Virus record (IMG/VR): IMGVR_UViG_3300032329_000679
Span: 1 to 57,336 of that record
Source of the DNA: a virus
Taxonomy: Duplodnaviria > Caudoviricetes
Direction: 5' to 3' (one strand)
DNA: 57,336 nt
The position numbers were made by a program, and so were the translations under genes. Shown piece by piece: positions 1-10,132 of the stretch. The notes below the pieces were generated by a model, which searched no databases, was not told where the DNA came from, and saw only the letters and a program-made list of their open reading frames with translations. Each line of letters starts with the position of its first letter. The first letter of the stretch is position 1.

Positions 1-879
1 ATTATGGGGATGATATACCATTTTGAAAAATTTAGATTGCACACTGCCTAATGTAGCCACATTTAAATCTAAATTATTTACCAATTCTCTTGCATAGAAA
101 TCTAATCGTTCATTGATATCAATTTCTTTAACTTGACTATGCCACATGTCTGTTAAGTAGTCAAAATCTCGTACATTACGATAGTCCCAATCAGTTAAAT
201 TGGTCATATAACATCCTTGTCTAGCGCCTATCATGGCCCATACGCCGTTGTCAACATCACTGCCAATATTACACCAAATCATTAATCTATGCAAATTCTT
301 CCAATGCACACCTTCTTTTACAGTGACCTTAGTCAACTTGGCGCCACGATCAAGGCTCATTTTTACACCTTCTCTAAAGCCTGCTCGCCATGCTTGAAAA
401 GGGGTGGCATTATTATGCACATCACTATAACAACCATTCATTTGAATATATTGATTATCCCAACAAAAATCAACTTGTCCCACATTGTCTTTTGGGTCGG
501 CATTTTCATGTGTACGCATGTTCATGACAAAATCTACGGTCCAGCACTTTAACCCACCGTTGCCATACATTAGACCATTGATAATATTATAACCACTCCA
601 ACTGATCACACTCTTTTCTAAATTAGGATATTTGTCCATGTCTATTTCTATATTTAGAAAATCTGCACGAATTATATTATCACCATCTACAGTGGTAAAT
701 CTTGGTGTTTCGCTTAATTGAGCACAGGCTTTATGAGCACTATCACTGCCTTTGACTCCATGTACACGTTTGGCCCATGGCACTTTGGTCAGTAAGTCTG
801 CATAATTCTTCTCTGCATTGGGTTCGTCATAACTGAGATATATGATATCATAATCGAGTGGTCTGAATAGTTTTGTCAT
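1..879 (-). CDS. GT-A-fold glycosyltransferase-like protein, 3' end runs off the window (not in the ORF track)
   Basis: ATG at 879 overlaps the TGA of the upstream gene (ATGA). My translation reads MTKLFRPLDYDIIYLSYDEPNAEKNY...RFTTVDGDNII...YGNGGLKCW...PFQAWRAGFREGVKM and stays open to base 1. It has a DxD motif after a hydrophobic strand. Confidence 0.75.
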   Translation of the reverse strand, partial: MTKLFRPLDYDIIYLSYDEPNAEKNYADLLTKVPWAKRVHGVKGSDSAHKACAQLSETPRFTTVDGDNIIRADFLNIEIDMDKYPNLEKSVISWSGYNIINGLMYGNGGLKCWTVDFVMNMRTHENADPKDNVGQVDFCWDNQYIQMNGCYSDVHNNATPFQAWRAGFREGVKMSLDRGAKLTKVTVKEGVHWKNLHRLMIWCNIGSDVDNGVWAMIGARQGCYMTNLTDWDYRNVRDFDYLTDMWHSQVKEIDINERLDFYARELVNNLDLNVATLGSVQSKFFKMVYHPHN

Positions 880-1541
880 ATTTTTGTTCTAATATATTGA
901 TATTTTTCAAAGATTTTTCTTGCATACAAACTAACCCTGACTTCATCTTTATCTATTTGATCAAACGGTAATATGCAATAATAATTATTAATTAACTCGT
1001 TCATAGGAACTCGTAATGTCTTATAAAGTACGTTAGGGTCATTAAACTCTGTAACATAGATTTCATAAGTTTGATCAAAATATAATTTTTTATTACGTAA
1101 TGATTGAGCTAAATTGCCGTTAATATATATTTTCCAACAAGTTTCTGCGTAATCTTGTATAATAGTAATATCATTCGTTGGATCATATTCTAACGGTATA
1201 CTAGTGTCTATTAACGGGGAGCATTGAAATATTACATCATGAATGCTTTGTAATATTTCTTCCTGCTCATCTAATCTTATAAATGTATAATCCTTAGCAT
1301 CTGGACTAAAAATAACTTTATAGTTGTTTATAACATCCGAGCCTTCCAATAAACTTTTAACTTGACTAAATGTTACAGTAACAGATGGCAATGTTTGCTC
1401 ATTGGCCACATTAGATATACCTTTTATTTCGCCAGTATCAGGTTCATAAAAAACAAATCTAAAATCATCTGTTTGATTAATTTTATTATTGTAAGATTTT
1501 AAATCTTCCTCGGTGATGTCCCACTCTACTTGTAACAACAT
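876..1541 (-). CDS. hypothetical protein in the glycosyltransferase-like operon
   Basis: 221-aa ORF that abuts or overlaps both neighbours; no motif recognised. Confidence 0.75.
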   Translation of the reverse strand: MLLQVEWDITEEDLKSYNNKINQTDDFRFVFYEPDTGEIKGISNVANEQTLPSVTVTFSQVKSLLEGSDVINNYKVIFSPDAKDYTFIRLDEQEEILQSIHDVIFQCSPLIDTSIPLEYDPTNDITIIQDYAETCWKIYINGNLAQSLRNKKLYFDQTYEIYVTEFNDPNVLYKTLRVPMNELINNYYCILPFDQIDKDEVRVSLYARKIFEKYQYIRTKI

Positions 1542-2384
1542 TTAATTTATTCCTGTAATTTTTTCTAATTGATTTATTATATGATCTGTTAAAAAACTAT
1601 ATTCTGTATAATGGAATAAGCCTTGTTGTTGATAATTGCCTATTTTAAGTTCACATTTTTTGTCAAAATATGCCCCAATGCTATCCTGCCAGGATTCAGT
1701 TGGGCTCTCCCAATTTTGAATCATGGGCTTCATATGAGTAAAAGTTATAGGTGCATTTTTATGACTAACTAGATTTTCGCAATCTAAAATTTTGGCAGCT
1801 AAACTAACAGTTACATCCATACTGGGCAATTTAGGATAATTTACATTAACATAACGCCCATAAAACAATTCCCAATTATTACTGATATCTTCGACCCAAT
1901 TAAAATATTCTTTTGCATAATCGCTCTTTTTAAAATAAGCAGCACCAAAGTAAAAGTTTGGTAAGTTATTACTATCAAATGTTTTTCTGTAATATCTCCC
2001 AGTTATAATTTTTCCTCTGTAGTCTAATACATTACTGGTTAAAAATACGTCATAATCTTTTAAATATTCCCACCAAATATCCAAGTTAGAAAACGCCAAC
2101 ATGTCTGCATCCAATACAATAGTTTCGTCATATGGACTACAATGATAGAGTTTCCATCTATCTTCTGTTTTAAAAAATGTAGTTGTTTTATTTCTATCAC
2201 GCCATGGGACTGGGACAATTTGATCGAATACTAAACGATATTTTTCAGGAACTTTATTGTCAGTGACCAAACTTATGTTACTATCAGGCATATGATTTTT
2301 TATACTCAATGCTAATGCATAAGCAGATCTTGTATACTTTTTTAACTTGGCATCCTCAGCGAATATCAAAAATCCTTTAGACAT
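1542..2384 (-). CDS. GT8-like (GT-A fold) glycosyltransferase
   Basis: Motifs ALALSIK...ISLVTD, SPYDETIVLDADML (DxD) and FTHMK resemble GT8/nucleotide-diphospho-sugar transferases. Confidence 0.7.
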   Translation of the reverse strand: MSKGFLIFAEDAKLKKYTRSAYALALSIKNHMPDSNISLVTDNKVPEKYRLVFDQIVPVPWRDRNKTTTFFKTEDRWKLYHCSPYDETIVLDADMLAFSNLDIWWEYLKDYDVFLTSNVLDYRGKIITGRYYRKTFDSNNLPNFYFGAAYFKKSDYAKEYFNWVEDISNNWELFYGRYVNVNYPKLPSMDVTVSLAAKILDCENLVSHKNAPITFTHMKPMIQNWESPTESWQDSIGAYFDKKCELKIGNYQQQGLFHYTEYSFLTDHIINQLEKITGIN

Positions 2385-4062
2385 TTAGTTCCTCATTTAA
2401 TATTCTGCTTATACTAAATTTATTCATTACATGCACATTAATACTCTTAGTTTTCATTAATGTATATTCACCTCGATATTTTTCTTTTTCAATTAAAAAT
2501 TTCATCTCAGTATCTTCATGTTCAAGTAATATGTCTTTGTCAATGGTATAGTATAATTTTCCTGGCAGATCATGGGACCATGTGCCATTTTGATATCCAT
2601 TCATGACATGTATAGCGATACTAAAAGCAAAGTCATTTCTATATAACCCTTGCTCAATTTGATAGATATATCTATAATAATTCCAGTTTTCTTGTATATG
2701 TCCTAGGTAATTAAAAAAGATTTCTGTATTTTTATTTTTTCTAAAAAAGAACACAGTGGCCCAATAGAAGTCAATGCTTTTATCGCTTAAAGTAATTAAT
2801 CTTGGGTCATACCTATAACCACTAAGATCTACTGCCTGTTTATGTATTAAAAAATCATGGGGCTGTTGCCAGCAATATTTTAATATATCGTTATTGATTA
2901 AGTAGTCGCAATCAATAACCAAAGTTTCATCAAATGGACTCAATTCAAAACTTTTAACACGAATGTCATTTTTAAATCTTAGTTTTTTATGAGTCATTGC
3001 TCCGTCAAAATATTGACGATATTGTGGAGCAGAATCATATACTAAAAATCTTTCTTTGGTATTTTCCCACAAATCATATCTAATTTTATCTTTAGTGTTA
3101 TGTGTAAGATCATAATTAATCAATGACATCCACAAAACTCTTTCATGAAATAATATATCGCCTTTGGTAAATTTAGTTAATTGTGTTAATTCGTTAATGT
3201 TTTCTAAAACAACATCATATTGGTCTAGGCTAAATTTTTCTTTTTCCTCATATTCAGTATGACACCTATATAAATTATTTTCATACCAAACGTGTTGTCC
3301 TGCCAAATAAGGCAAATTAGGATACCATTTGTCGATGTCAATGCCTTCATAAACTCTAGTAAAATTATCCTCAATTTTATAAGTTTTTTGAATGTTAGTA
3401 TTAACTGCATTTACAGCTTCTTTTTTTACCTTATCAATATTACTCATCCATAAAGAACGATTAAACAGAACAATATCGCCTTTGGTTATTTCTTCTATAA
3501 TTTCACTATCTCGAACACGATCAATTAATGAAATATATTTGTCTTTACTAAATGTTTCACCTTCAGTATATTGTATAGCACATCGGTATAATGTGTTTTC
3601 ATACCAAACGTGTTGTCCTACCAAGTAGGGCAAATTTGAATACCATTTGTCGATGTCAATGCCTTCATAAACTGGTTCAAAGTCCTCTTGATTGAAAGTA
3701 TACACTTCTTTTTCAGCGACTTCAACAACTTCAACAACTTCAACAACTTCAACAACTTCAACAACTTCAGGCCCCTCATTAATTTTACGCCATATAGTAC
3801 CATTATAAAAAGCCAAACTGTTTACAGGATATTGCCAGGTCGATGTCCAAGGCTGTACTTCCGCATCTTGAACAACTTTTATGACCATGTCAACGTCGTC
3901 TTTATAATTGGGATATTGTTGATATAACCAATCAGCACTATCTGTGACTAAGGCTACAGGCACACCTAAGTACTGTTTTACTCGTCTCGCAGCATTTAAC
4001 GCCAATTTAGCATAGTCAATCTGCTCATTGTTTAGAGCATAGATTAGAACTCCTTTGCTCAT
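2377..4062 (-). CDS. GT8-like glycosyltransferase with a large internal insertion of CBM5/12-like repeats
   Basis: Paralogous to 1542..2384 (MSKGVLIYA, VALVTD, SPFDETLVIDCDYL, VHVMNK). An extra ~280 aa carries W..(N/T)..Y..G..V.Y....YRC repeats. Confidence 0.65.
   Translation of the reverse strand: MSKGVLIYALNNEQIDYAKLALNAARRVKQYLGVPVALVTDSADWLYQQYPNYKDDVDMVIKVVQDAEVQPWTSTWQYPVNSLAFYNGTIWRKINEGPEVVEVVEVVEVVEVVEVAEKEVYTFNQEDFEPVYEGIDIDKWYSNLPYLVGQHVWYENTLYRCAIQYTEGETFSKDKYISLIDRVRDSEIIEEITKGDIVLFNRSLWMSNIDKVKKEAVNAVNTNIQKTYKIEDNFTRVYEGIDIDKWYPNLPYLAGQHVWYENNLYRCHTEYEEKEKFSLDQYDVVLENINELTQLTKFTKGDILFHERVLWMSLINYDLTHNTKDKIRYDLWENTKERFLVYDSAPQYRQYFDGAMTHKKLRFKNDIRVKSFELSPFDETLVIDCDYLINNDILKYCWQQPHDFLIHKQAVDLSGYRYDPRLITLSDKSIDFYWATVFFFRKNKNTEIFFNYLGHIQENWNYYRYIYQIEQGLYRNDFAFSIAIHVMNGYQNGTWSHDLPGKLYYTIDKDILLEHEDTEMKFLIEKEKYRGEYTLMKTKSINVHVMNKFSISRILNEELNV
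3279..3673. repeat. internal duplication: near-identical ~77-nt cores at about 3279-3355 and 3597-3673, period 318 nt (106 aa)
   Basis: The copies encode VYEGIDIDKWYSNLPYLVGQHVWYEN and VYEGIDIDKWYPNLPYLAGQHVWYEN; the DNA is nearly identical. Confidence 0.9.
3719..3769. repeat. perfect 9-nt tandem repeat (ACTTCAACA) x ~5.7, encoding EVV repeats
   Basis: Read directly from the sequence. Confidence 0.95.
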
Positions 4063-4406
4063 TGAGTCAATGCCTCTACACTTCTATTCTTTTTAAGTAA
4101 TTGATAATCATTATAATAACTGTTTGAAGCAATAAAATATTGATCAATCACATCATCTAAAAATTGTTGTAAATTACTTACTCTAACAGGCAAGTCATTG
4201 TCATCAATTACCACAACGTCAGTGGTATTACCCATATCTATCAGAGTTTTAAGGAAAGTGATGAGGTCTTTAGTGATTGTAAACGTGCCGCCATTTTGGT
4301 AGTAAACACAATCAGTATGATATTTTTCTTTTAAAGCTCGTTTTTGATTGTTTAAAGTTACCATAAAATTGGCAAACTCTAGAGCCTTTTCCAGTCTTTC
4401 ATCCAT
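4059..4406 (-). CDS. hypothetical phage protein, first gene of the glycosyltransferase-like operon
   Basis: 115-aa ORF with a GGGAG Shine-Dalgarno upstream and an ATGA overlap with the next gene. Confidence 0.8.
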   Translation of the reverse strand: MDERLEKALEFANFMVTLNNQKRALKEKYHTDCVYYQNGGTFTITKDLITFLKTLIDMGNTTDVVVIDDNDLPVRVSNLQQFLDDVIDQYFIASNSYYNDYQLLKKNRSVEALTQ

Positions 4407-4418
4407 AGAAACTCCCGC

Positions 4419-4448
4419 AGTGTATATTAATTATCTGCTAAGAGTCAA
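4419..4448 (-). promoter_or_regulatory. putative sigma70 promoter (TTGACT-N18-TACACT) containing a late-promoter-like GATAATTA
   Basis: Minus strand reads TTGACT CTTAGCAGATAATTAATA TACACT, in the intergenic gap upstream of 4406. Confidence 0.45.
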
Positions 4449-4460
4449 GGTTAGAAAATT

Positions 4461-5348
4461 TTATGCTATTACTGAGCCGGTAATGGTGGGAGCAAGAACT
4501 TGTACATTTGACCCTGTGGCACGATAATGTTGAACTCGACTAGTAGTTGTGCCATCGACGTTTTCGTCAGTTGTATTAAGTCCGGTATAATAGTTACCTG
4601 CGTCATTATAAGTAATAGTGAGAGTTAAAACACTAGCCGTTCCTGTACTATTATTGGCCACATTACAATATGCTTGAATGCTAAAAATATTGTTTGTATA
4701 AGTAAGTCCACTACTGGTATAAGTTAAAATTGTTTGATTTGAGCTAGTTAAATTATACCAACCTATGCTTGTTCCGCCTGCTCCTGCTGTTGTAGCAGCA
4801 TAACCAAATTTTGCAGTGCCAACTGTGGTAAAAATACTATTCCAAGCATTGCCTTTAGTACTAGTTTGACCACTGATGCTAGGTATTACTCTTATTTCCC
4901 CACCTGCATTAAAAAAGTATCTTGCATCGTTAGCTGAAGCAAAAGTTACTGTAACAGTATGAGTTCTTGCTGAATTCCATCCAGTCATTGTAGGTGCAAC
5001 ACCGTCGATGGCAGTGGCTTGACTGGTACTTAGGGTAAATCTTGTGCCACTTAAACTAGTGGCTTGGCTGGAGTAGGTACTCCAATCACTGGCCGTAATG
5101 CTGCCCCCGGCAACTACACTAGGTGCTGTACTGGCTGCATTATTTTGATGATAGGCAATTTTATCTAAGTCAGTTTTTAAATTTTGCATCTGACTGGCTG
5201 TTATAGTATTACCTACTGCAACTTGCGCAGAGCTTACTAATTGACCGTACCCTGTATTACCAGACCCAACACCTAACACATTGGCCACATTCGTTTGAAT
5301 TGTGTTATAATCCGATGCTAAAATTGAATTACCAGTGCCAATAGTCAT
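4461..5348 (-). CDS. Ser/Thr/Gly-rich virion structural protein (tail or baseplate associated)
   Basis: Beta-rich, low-charge composition; AAGGA SD; lies directly downstream of the tail-fibre genes. Confidence 0.6.
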   Translation of the reverse strand: MTIGTGNSILASDYNTIQTNVANVLGVGSGNTGYGQLVSSAQVAVGNTITASQMQNLKTDLDKIAYHQNNAASTAPSVVAGGSITASDWSTYSSQATSLSGTRFTLSTSQATAIDGVAPTMTGWNSARTHTVTVTFASANDARYFFNAGGEIRVIPSISGQTSTKGNAWNSIFTTVGTAKFGYAATTAGAGGTSIGWYNLTSSNQTILTYTSSGLTYTNNIFSIQAYCNVANNSTGTASVLTLTITYNDAGNYYTGLNTTDENVDGTTTSRVQHYRATGSNVQVLAPTITGSVIA

Positions 5349-5367
5349 TTGTTATTCCTTTCCTTAT

Positions 5368-7188
5368 TTATAATACTATACATTCTACTAGTTTAACCCC
5401 GGCTTCAGTGTTAGTTTCTAATGCTATAGCAAAGACATCGGCATGATTACTAAATGATGCATGAGCTACTCCATTGACTCCTGCTACTAGTCTTTGCCCT
5501 TTAATGACGCTGCCATTAACTTTAACTGGTACACGCCCTTTTAGAGCAACTGCTATACCGCCTTCTAATTCACTATTCATCAAGTAAGCTGGCTTTTCAG
5601 ACACAACTCCTATGGCACGGAATCCAGGTTGTGCTGCTGTAACTTCTTTCTCTCCACCTACCATTAACACAGTGCCTACACTATATTCAGTATCTGGCAA
5701 ATATTTTTCAGCTAGGTCTCCGTACTGTGCAAAAGTTGCTATACCATTAAAAATACCAGCAGTTAATGTGTTAGAATTTGGATTATATGTTAATGAATCG
5801 CTGTCGACAAGTAAGTTTCGAAAGCCCGATGATCCATTAGTAAAAGTAATATAATGTGTGGTATTTGTAATTTTTGTATCAGTAATACCAATTTGTGTGG
5901 CTTGTCCGGTATCAATTAAACTAGTAAGGCTTATCCAATCTAAATTACCAGCATCATTTATAGCCAATACCTGTCTGGCTGTGCCTGGAGATAAAAAAGC
6001 TGTGGTATTTGCGTCAGATTGATAAGGAATTGATTTAGCAGTTCCTCCGTTTATATTGGCTGCTCTAGTAGCAAGTCCTACAAATCTGTTTGCAGTAATA
6101 TATCCATCAGCGTCCCTGGCTGCTACCGTGTTGGCTGTAGCACTTAAACTACCATTCATATAGGTGCCGCCAACATTAATTGTTTCAGCTTTACTAGCAG
6201 TACCATCTAAAGTGCCGTTGAATGTTTGAGCATAAATTGTGTTAAATTTTGCACTGCTAGACCCTATATTGATAGAATCAGATCCAGGTAAAAGTGAACT
6301 TCCTTGAATCTTTAATGGAATTTTTTCAGCAGTACCTGACTCTACGGCTACTGTAGTTTTAAAAATAATAGGTGCATCAGCTGTTTGATTCTTAATTACA
6401 GAAGTTGAATTATCTATATAAACCTTAAGATCATTATTATTACCAACTGTAAATCCTGGGTCAAGGAATCTAACTAGATTAGAAAAAGAGCTGTTTGCTA
6501 GTTTAACAAAATCCGAGTCCGTGAATCCGTTTAATTTGGCAGCATTAGATGCTGTCCCCCAATAGATATAACCAGTTTCAGTATCAGTAACACCATTTGC
6601 ATTAGTATCAACTAAGGTTAATCCTTTTTTAATTTCAAGGAATCCATTAACTGCATTATCTGTATCAGTGCTTACTGTAAACGCAGAATTGCTTATAATA
6701 AACACAACTTTTCCGTTTACTACTCCTTCGACAACTGGGCGGGGGTTGCTATCCACGTCAAGAATGCTAGTGCTTCTAACTTCAGTAGTTTGAGCATTTT
6801 GCACTGCCTGCGGGCCTACTAGTATAAATTCTGTTCCTGACCAAGCAAATAATTGATTAGTATTAGTATTATACCAAAAATCTCCAGTAGTTAATCCGCT
6901 GGGTTGTGTTGTGCCTATTTCTGCTCCGCCTGTGGTTCTAAATTTAACTCCGTCATAGAATTTTAATTTTTTACTTGCACTATCAAACCAAATTTGACCT
7001 GTAATTTTACGTGGGGGTTCGCTGGTGCCTGCAAAGTTTTCCAACATGTGAACCATGTTTTCATTTTGAACTTCACCGTACCCAGCATAATTTCTGCCAA
7101 TAAGTCTGACGTCTAAACTATTGTCTACTGTTCCGTCTTCTACGTTTGCTACCAGTGAACCATCATATTTGTTAATACTGTATGGCAT
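5368..7188 (-). CDS. tail fibre protein with C-terminal intramolecular-chaperone (peptidase G2/S74-like) domain
   Basis: Shared N-terminal module GRNYAGYGEVQNENMVHMLENFA...GQIWFD. C-terminus DLAEKY...GGEKEVT...IGVVSEKPAYLMN...ALKGRVPVKV. Confidence 0.7.
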   Translation of the reverse strand: MPYSINKYDGSLVANVEDGTVDNSLDVRLIGRNYAGYGEVQNENMVHMLENFAGTSEPPRKITGQIWFDSASKKLKFYDGVKFRTTGGAEIGTTQPSGLTTGDFWYNTNTNQLFAWSGTEFILVGPQAVQNAQTTEVRSTSILDVDSNPRPVVEGVVNGKVVFIISNSAFTVSTDTDNAVNGFLEIKKGLTLVDTNANGVTDTETGYIYWGTASNAAKLNGFTDSDFVKLANSSFSNLVRFLDPGFTVGNNNDLKVYIDNSTSVIKNQTADAPIIFKTTVAVESGTAEKIPLKIQGSSLLPGSDSINIGSSSAKFNTIYAQTFNGTLDGTASKAETINVGGTYMNGSLSATANTVAARDADGYITANRFVGLATRAANINGGTAKSIPYQSDANTTAFLSPGTARQVLAINDAGNLDWISLTSLIDTGQATQIGITDTKITNTTHYITFTNGSSGFRNLLVDSDSLTYNPNSNTLTAGIFNGIATFAQYGDLAEKYLPDTEYSVGTVLMVGGEKEVTAAQPGFRAIGVVSEKPAYLMNSELEGGIAVALKGRVPVKVNGSVIKGQRLVAGVNGVAHASFSNHADVFAIALETNTEAGVKLVECIVL

Positions 7189-7207
7189 TCCTTACACCCC
7201 TTTGAAA

Positions 7208-7215
7208 TATTTATC
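7208..7215 (-). promoter_or_regulatory. T4-type late promoter (GATAAATA)
   Basis: Resembles the gp55 TATAAATA consensus; in the short intergenic gap before the 5368..7188 gene. Confidence 0.65.
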
Positions 7216-7219
7216 AATA

Positions 7220-10132
7220 TCAAGCATTATCATAGACCCATCCTCTTGCATTGCCTGTATATACTAGACTAAATGCCTTGCCAGCAGTATTAATAGTAAG
7301 ATTGCTAGCTACTGCATTAATCAAGCTGCCATTTCTAGCAATAATTAATGAATATGTTCCTAACCCAACTTGATCTATAAAATGAACTTCGTCGCCAACT
7401 GTTGGAGTTGCTGGCAATGTTACTGTAATATTGTTTAAACCGGCATTAATTAATAATCTATCTCCAGCTACAGCTTCATAGTTATTATTAAGCGTTTTCC
7501 ATTTAGGAATAAAATTACCAAGCACTTTAATTTTAGATGTACTACTACCTAAACTAATAGTTTCGTTGCCAGCGCCCCCTAAGTTTAATGTGGTTACGTT
7601 ATTATTAAACACATTTACAGTGGTGTTAGTTGAACTTATGATCCCCACTGCAGGATTGCCTGGGCCTATAGTTCCTGATACAGGAAAAGCTCCTGCTATG
7701 ATTAATTCTTTCGTTATCTTGCCAGTTTCTATAATGGCAGTATTATCAGTACCTGTAAGTTTGCCACTATAAAATATATCTCCATTAACAATTAATGCGC
7801 CTGAGGAGGTACTAGATGTTCTTACAAAGTCTGATGATGCAAGACGATTATTAACATCTTTAAGCAATAATCCCGCACCGCCTATGCCACCTGCATTAGT
7901 ATCCACATTTGGAAGAATTACATCATTAATTATCTTTAGATCATACTGAATAGTAACAGTACCACCAGTTTGATTATTGTCATCATCATAAGGTTTGCCT
8001 ATATAGATGTATTCAGCAGTGGGTGCCACTGTTAATGTGGACAAATAGCTTGGGAAAAGATCGAATACTGTAGTATTTTGAGCAACTGAAAAAGTTCCTT
8101 TATTACTGGAATTTTTTCCATCAACAGTAATACTACCGCTAATAGTAACATTATTGTTAATTGTAGTATTACCTGTGTCGTTTCCTATCTCAATAAGTGA
8201 TGCAGATTTTCCTATAACAATAGAAGTAGCAACTTGGTTAAAAAGACTGGCACTGGAGTTAGTTGTTCTTAAGTCACCCCCTTTAATAGTCAAGTCACCT
8301 TCTACTACAGTATTAGGATTACGTATGTAAAAAGTTCCAGAAGCTATACTACCTGCTGTAATACTTGTGGCACTTTCGCCAAAACGTATAGTTCTTGCAT
8401 TGGTATTATGTAGATAGGCAACAGGGCCACTGGAATCAATATACGAAGGAGTTGATCCATCATAACCCACAACAAGCTTGCCATTAGCAGTTAAATCGTT
8501 ATTAATATAAGTATTACCGGACGAAGCGCCTATAGTGACTAATGTGGACGATTCTCCTATATATAAATTTCTAACATTTACTGGTAAAAATTTAAAATAT
8601 GCCCCCCCTGTATTAATATTAGTAATTATTGCTTCCCCGTCCACGTCAAATTTTAATTGGTTCTTTAAAATTAAATTTTCAGTAGCTTGTGTGTCTACTT
8701 GAAATTCTACTCTTCCGTTTATAGAGCTTAATATTAAATTAGCCAGTGTTGCAGATCCTGTAGATTTAATTATATTATCTGCTGTATTGACACTACTGAC
8801 TTGTGATTCTTTTGTAACTGCTAAATTATTTTTAACTAGCGCATTATAATTAATGGTTGTTGTGCTGGCATTACTACCTAATTTAATGTCTGTTGCTGCT
8901 CCACCTAAATTAATAGTAGCAACAGTAGTGTTAAGCAAATCAAAACTGGTTCTTGAAGAAGTTATCGATCCTCCATTGGCTCCGATATTTTTTAATGCAT
9001 CAAGATCGCTTTTAATTGTAGTGGTTCCACTAATATAACCTATTCCAACATTACTGGCGGCGCCGCCTATATTAATAGTGCTAACTCCAGTATTAAAAAC
9101 ATTAATTGAACTGTTATTGCTAACCAAATTACCACGTATGTTAACATCACCATTAATATCCAAAGTGGCCAATGGCGTTGATTCAAAAATGCCTACCCTG
9201 CTCTGACTTGCCTTAATGAAAATAGCATTATTTGTTGTAGACGAATCCTTAACTTGAATAATAAAATCATTACTGTTTCTGTTATTTTTAAGTATGGAAC
9301 TAGTTCCAACAAATTGAAATGTTAAATTATTTGAAGCTCCTAAAATCAATGGAGTGCTATTTAAAATACTCAATGTGCCACTGAGGTAATTATCACGATT
9401 AGTTTGAACAAAGTTATTAACACTGATAACATTACCTTGAGGGTCTAGAAGATTTTCTGCATTTTTTGCTGTGATATAAAATTTGACATCTTCCCCGACT
9501 CGTGTATATACAGGAGTAAACCCTTTAACTAATGTAATACCATTGGAATCGGCTACGTTTGCTGCATCGCGCATTCCTTCAGATTTAAGTAAAAGGCCTT
9601 CATTATTAGTATAATTGGGGGTAAAAGATTCTTTACTAAAAACACCTAATAATGTATTTCCAATCTTAAGTTTAATTATAGTTTTATCTGCATTATTTGT
9701 ATCTTTAACGGTGACTATTTCATAACCAGTAACACCCTGTTGTTCTGAATAAACAGGGCCAGCCAATCTTGTACCTTGCCCATCATTAAAATACAGTTGT
9801 CTTCTATAACTATCGATCCATAAATCGCCAGGACTTAGATCTGGTTCAATGTTACTGACCTGTGGTCTGTTTGGTTCTTTAAAAACACTGCCATTAAAAA
9901 TTCTAATTTTTTCTTCACTAGTATCATACCAAAGTTGTCCTTTGATTGGATGTTTTGGCTCTGTTGTATTGGCAAAATTTTCTAATAATTTAACAAAATT
10001 TTGATTAAATTCTAACCCATAATTTTGAGTACTTTTGCCCACTAGTGTCAAACTAGAAGATTTTTTATCAACACTATTGTCTAAAATATCTGTTAGAACA
10101 GTGCCATCAGTTTTAATTATAGTATATGGCAT
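7220..10132 (-). CDS. long tail fibre protein
   Basis: Same N-terminal module (NFVKLLENFA...GQLWYD) and repeated FNT.V.TINIGGAA units. C-terminal AVAGDRLLIN...VTLPATPTVGDEV domain resembles T4 gp9/gp10/gp34 repeats. Confidence 0.7.
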   Translation of the reverse strand: MPYTIIKTDGTVLTDILDNSVDKKSSSLTLVGKSTQNYGLEFNQNFVKLLENFANTTEPKHPIKGQLWYDTSEEKIRIFNGSVFKEPNRPQVSNIEPDLSPGDLWIDSYRRQLYFNDGQGTRLAGPVYSEQQGVTGYEIVTVKDTNNADKTIIKLKIGNTLLGVFSKESFTPNYTNNEGLLLKSEGMRDAANVADSNGITLVKGFTPVYTRVGEDVKFYITAKNAENLLDPQGNVISVNNFVQTNRDNYLSGTLSILNSTPLILGASNNLTFQFVGTSSILKNNRNSNDFIIQVKDSSTTNNAIFIKASQSRVGIFESTPLATLDINGDVNIRGNLVSNNSSINVFNTGVSTINIGGAASNVGIGYISGTTTIKSDLDALKNIGANGGSITSSRTSFDLLNTTVATINLGGAATDIKLGSNASTTTINYNALVKNNLAVTKESQVSSVNTADNIIKSTGSATLANLILSSINGRVEFQVDTQATENLILKNQLKFDVDGEAIITNINTGGAYFKFLPVNVRNLYIGESSTLVTIGASSGNTYINNDLTANGKLVVGYDGSTPSYIDSSGPVAYLHNTNARTIRFGESATSITAGSIASGTFYIRNPNTVVEGDLTIKGGDLRTTNSSASLFNQVATSIVIGKSASLIEIGNDTGNTTINNNVTISGSITVDGKNSSNKGTFSVAQNTTVFDLFPSYLSTLTVAPTAEYIYIGKPYDDDNNQTGGTVTIQYDLKIINDVILPNVDTNAGGIGGAGLLLKDVNNRLASSDFVRTSSTSSGALIVNGDIFYSGKLTGTDNTAIIETGKITKELIIAGAFPVSGTIGPGNPAVGIISSTNTTVNVFNNNVTTLNLGGAGNETISLGSSTSKIKVLGNFIPKWKTLNNNYEAVAGDRLLINAGLNNITVTLPATPTVGDEVHFIDQVGLGTYSLIIARNGSLINAVASNLTINTAGKAFSLVYTGNARGWVYDNA

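Noticed and set aside
289-552. + strand 87-aa ORF
   Set aside because: Antisense shadow of the real minus-strand gene 1..879
3618-3927. Short ORFs with LKL or FNN repeats
   Set aside because: Alternative-frame readings of the 9-nt tandem repeat inside 2377..4062
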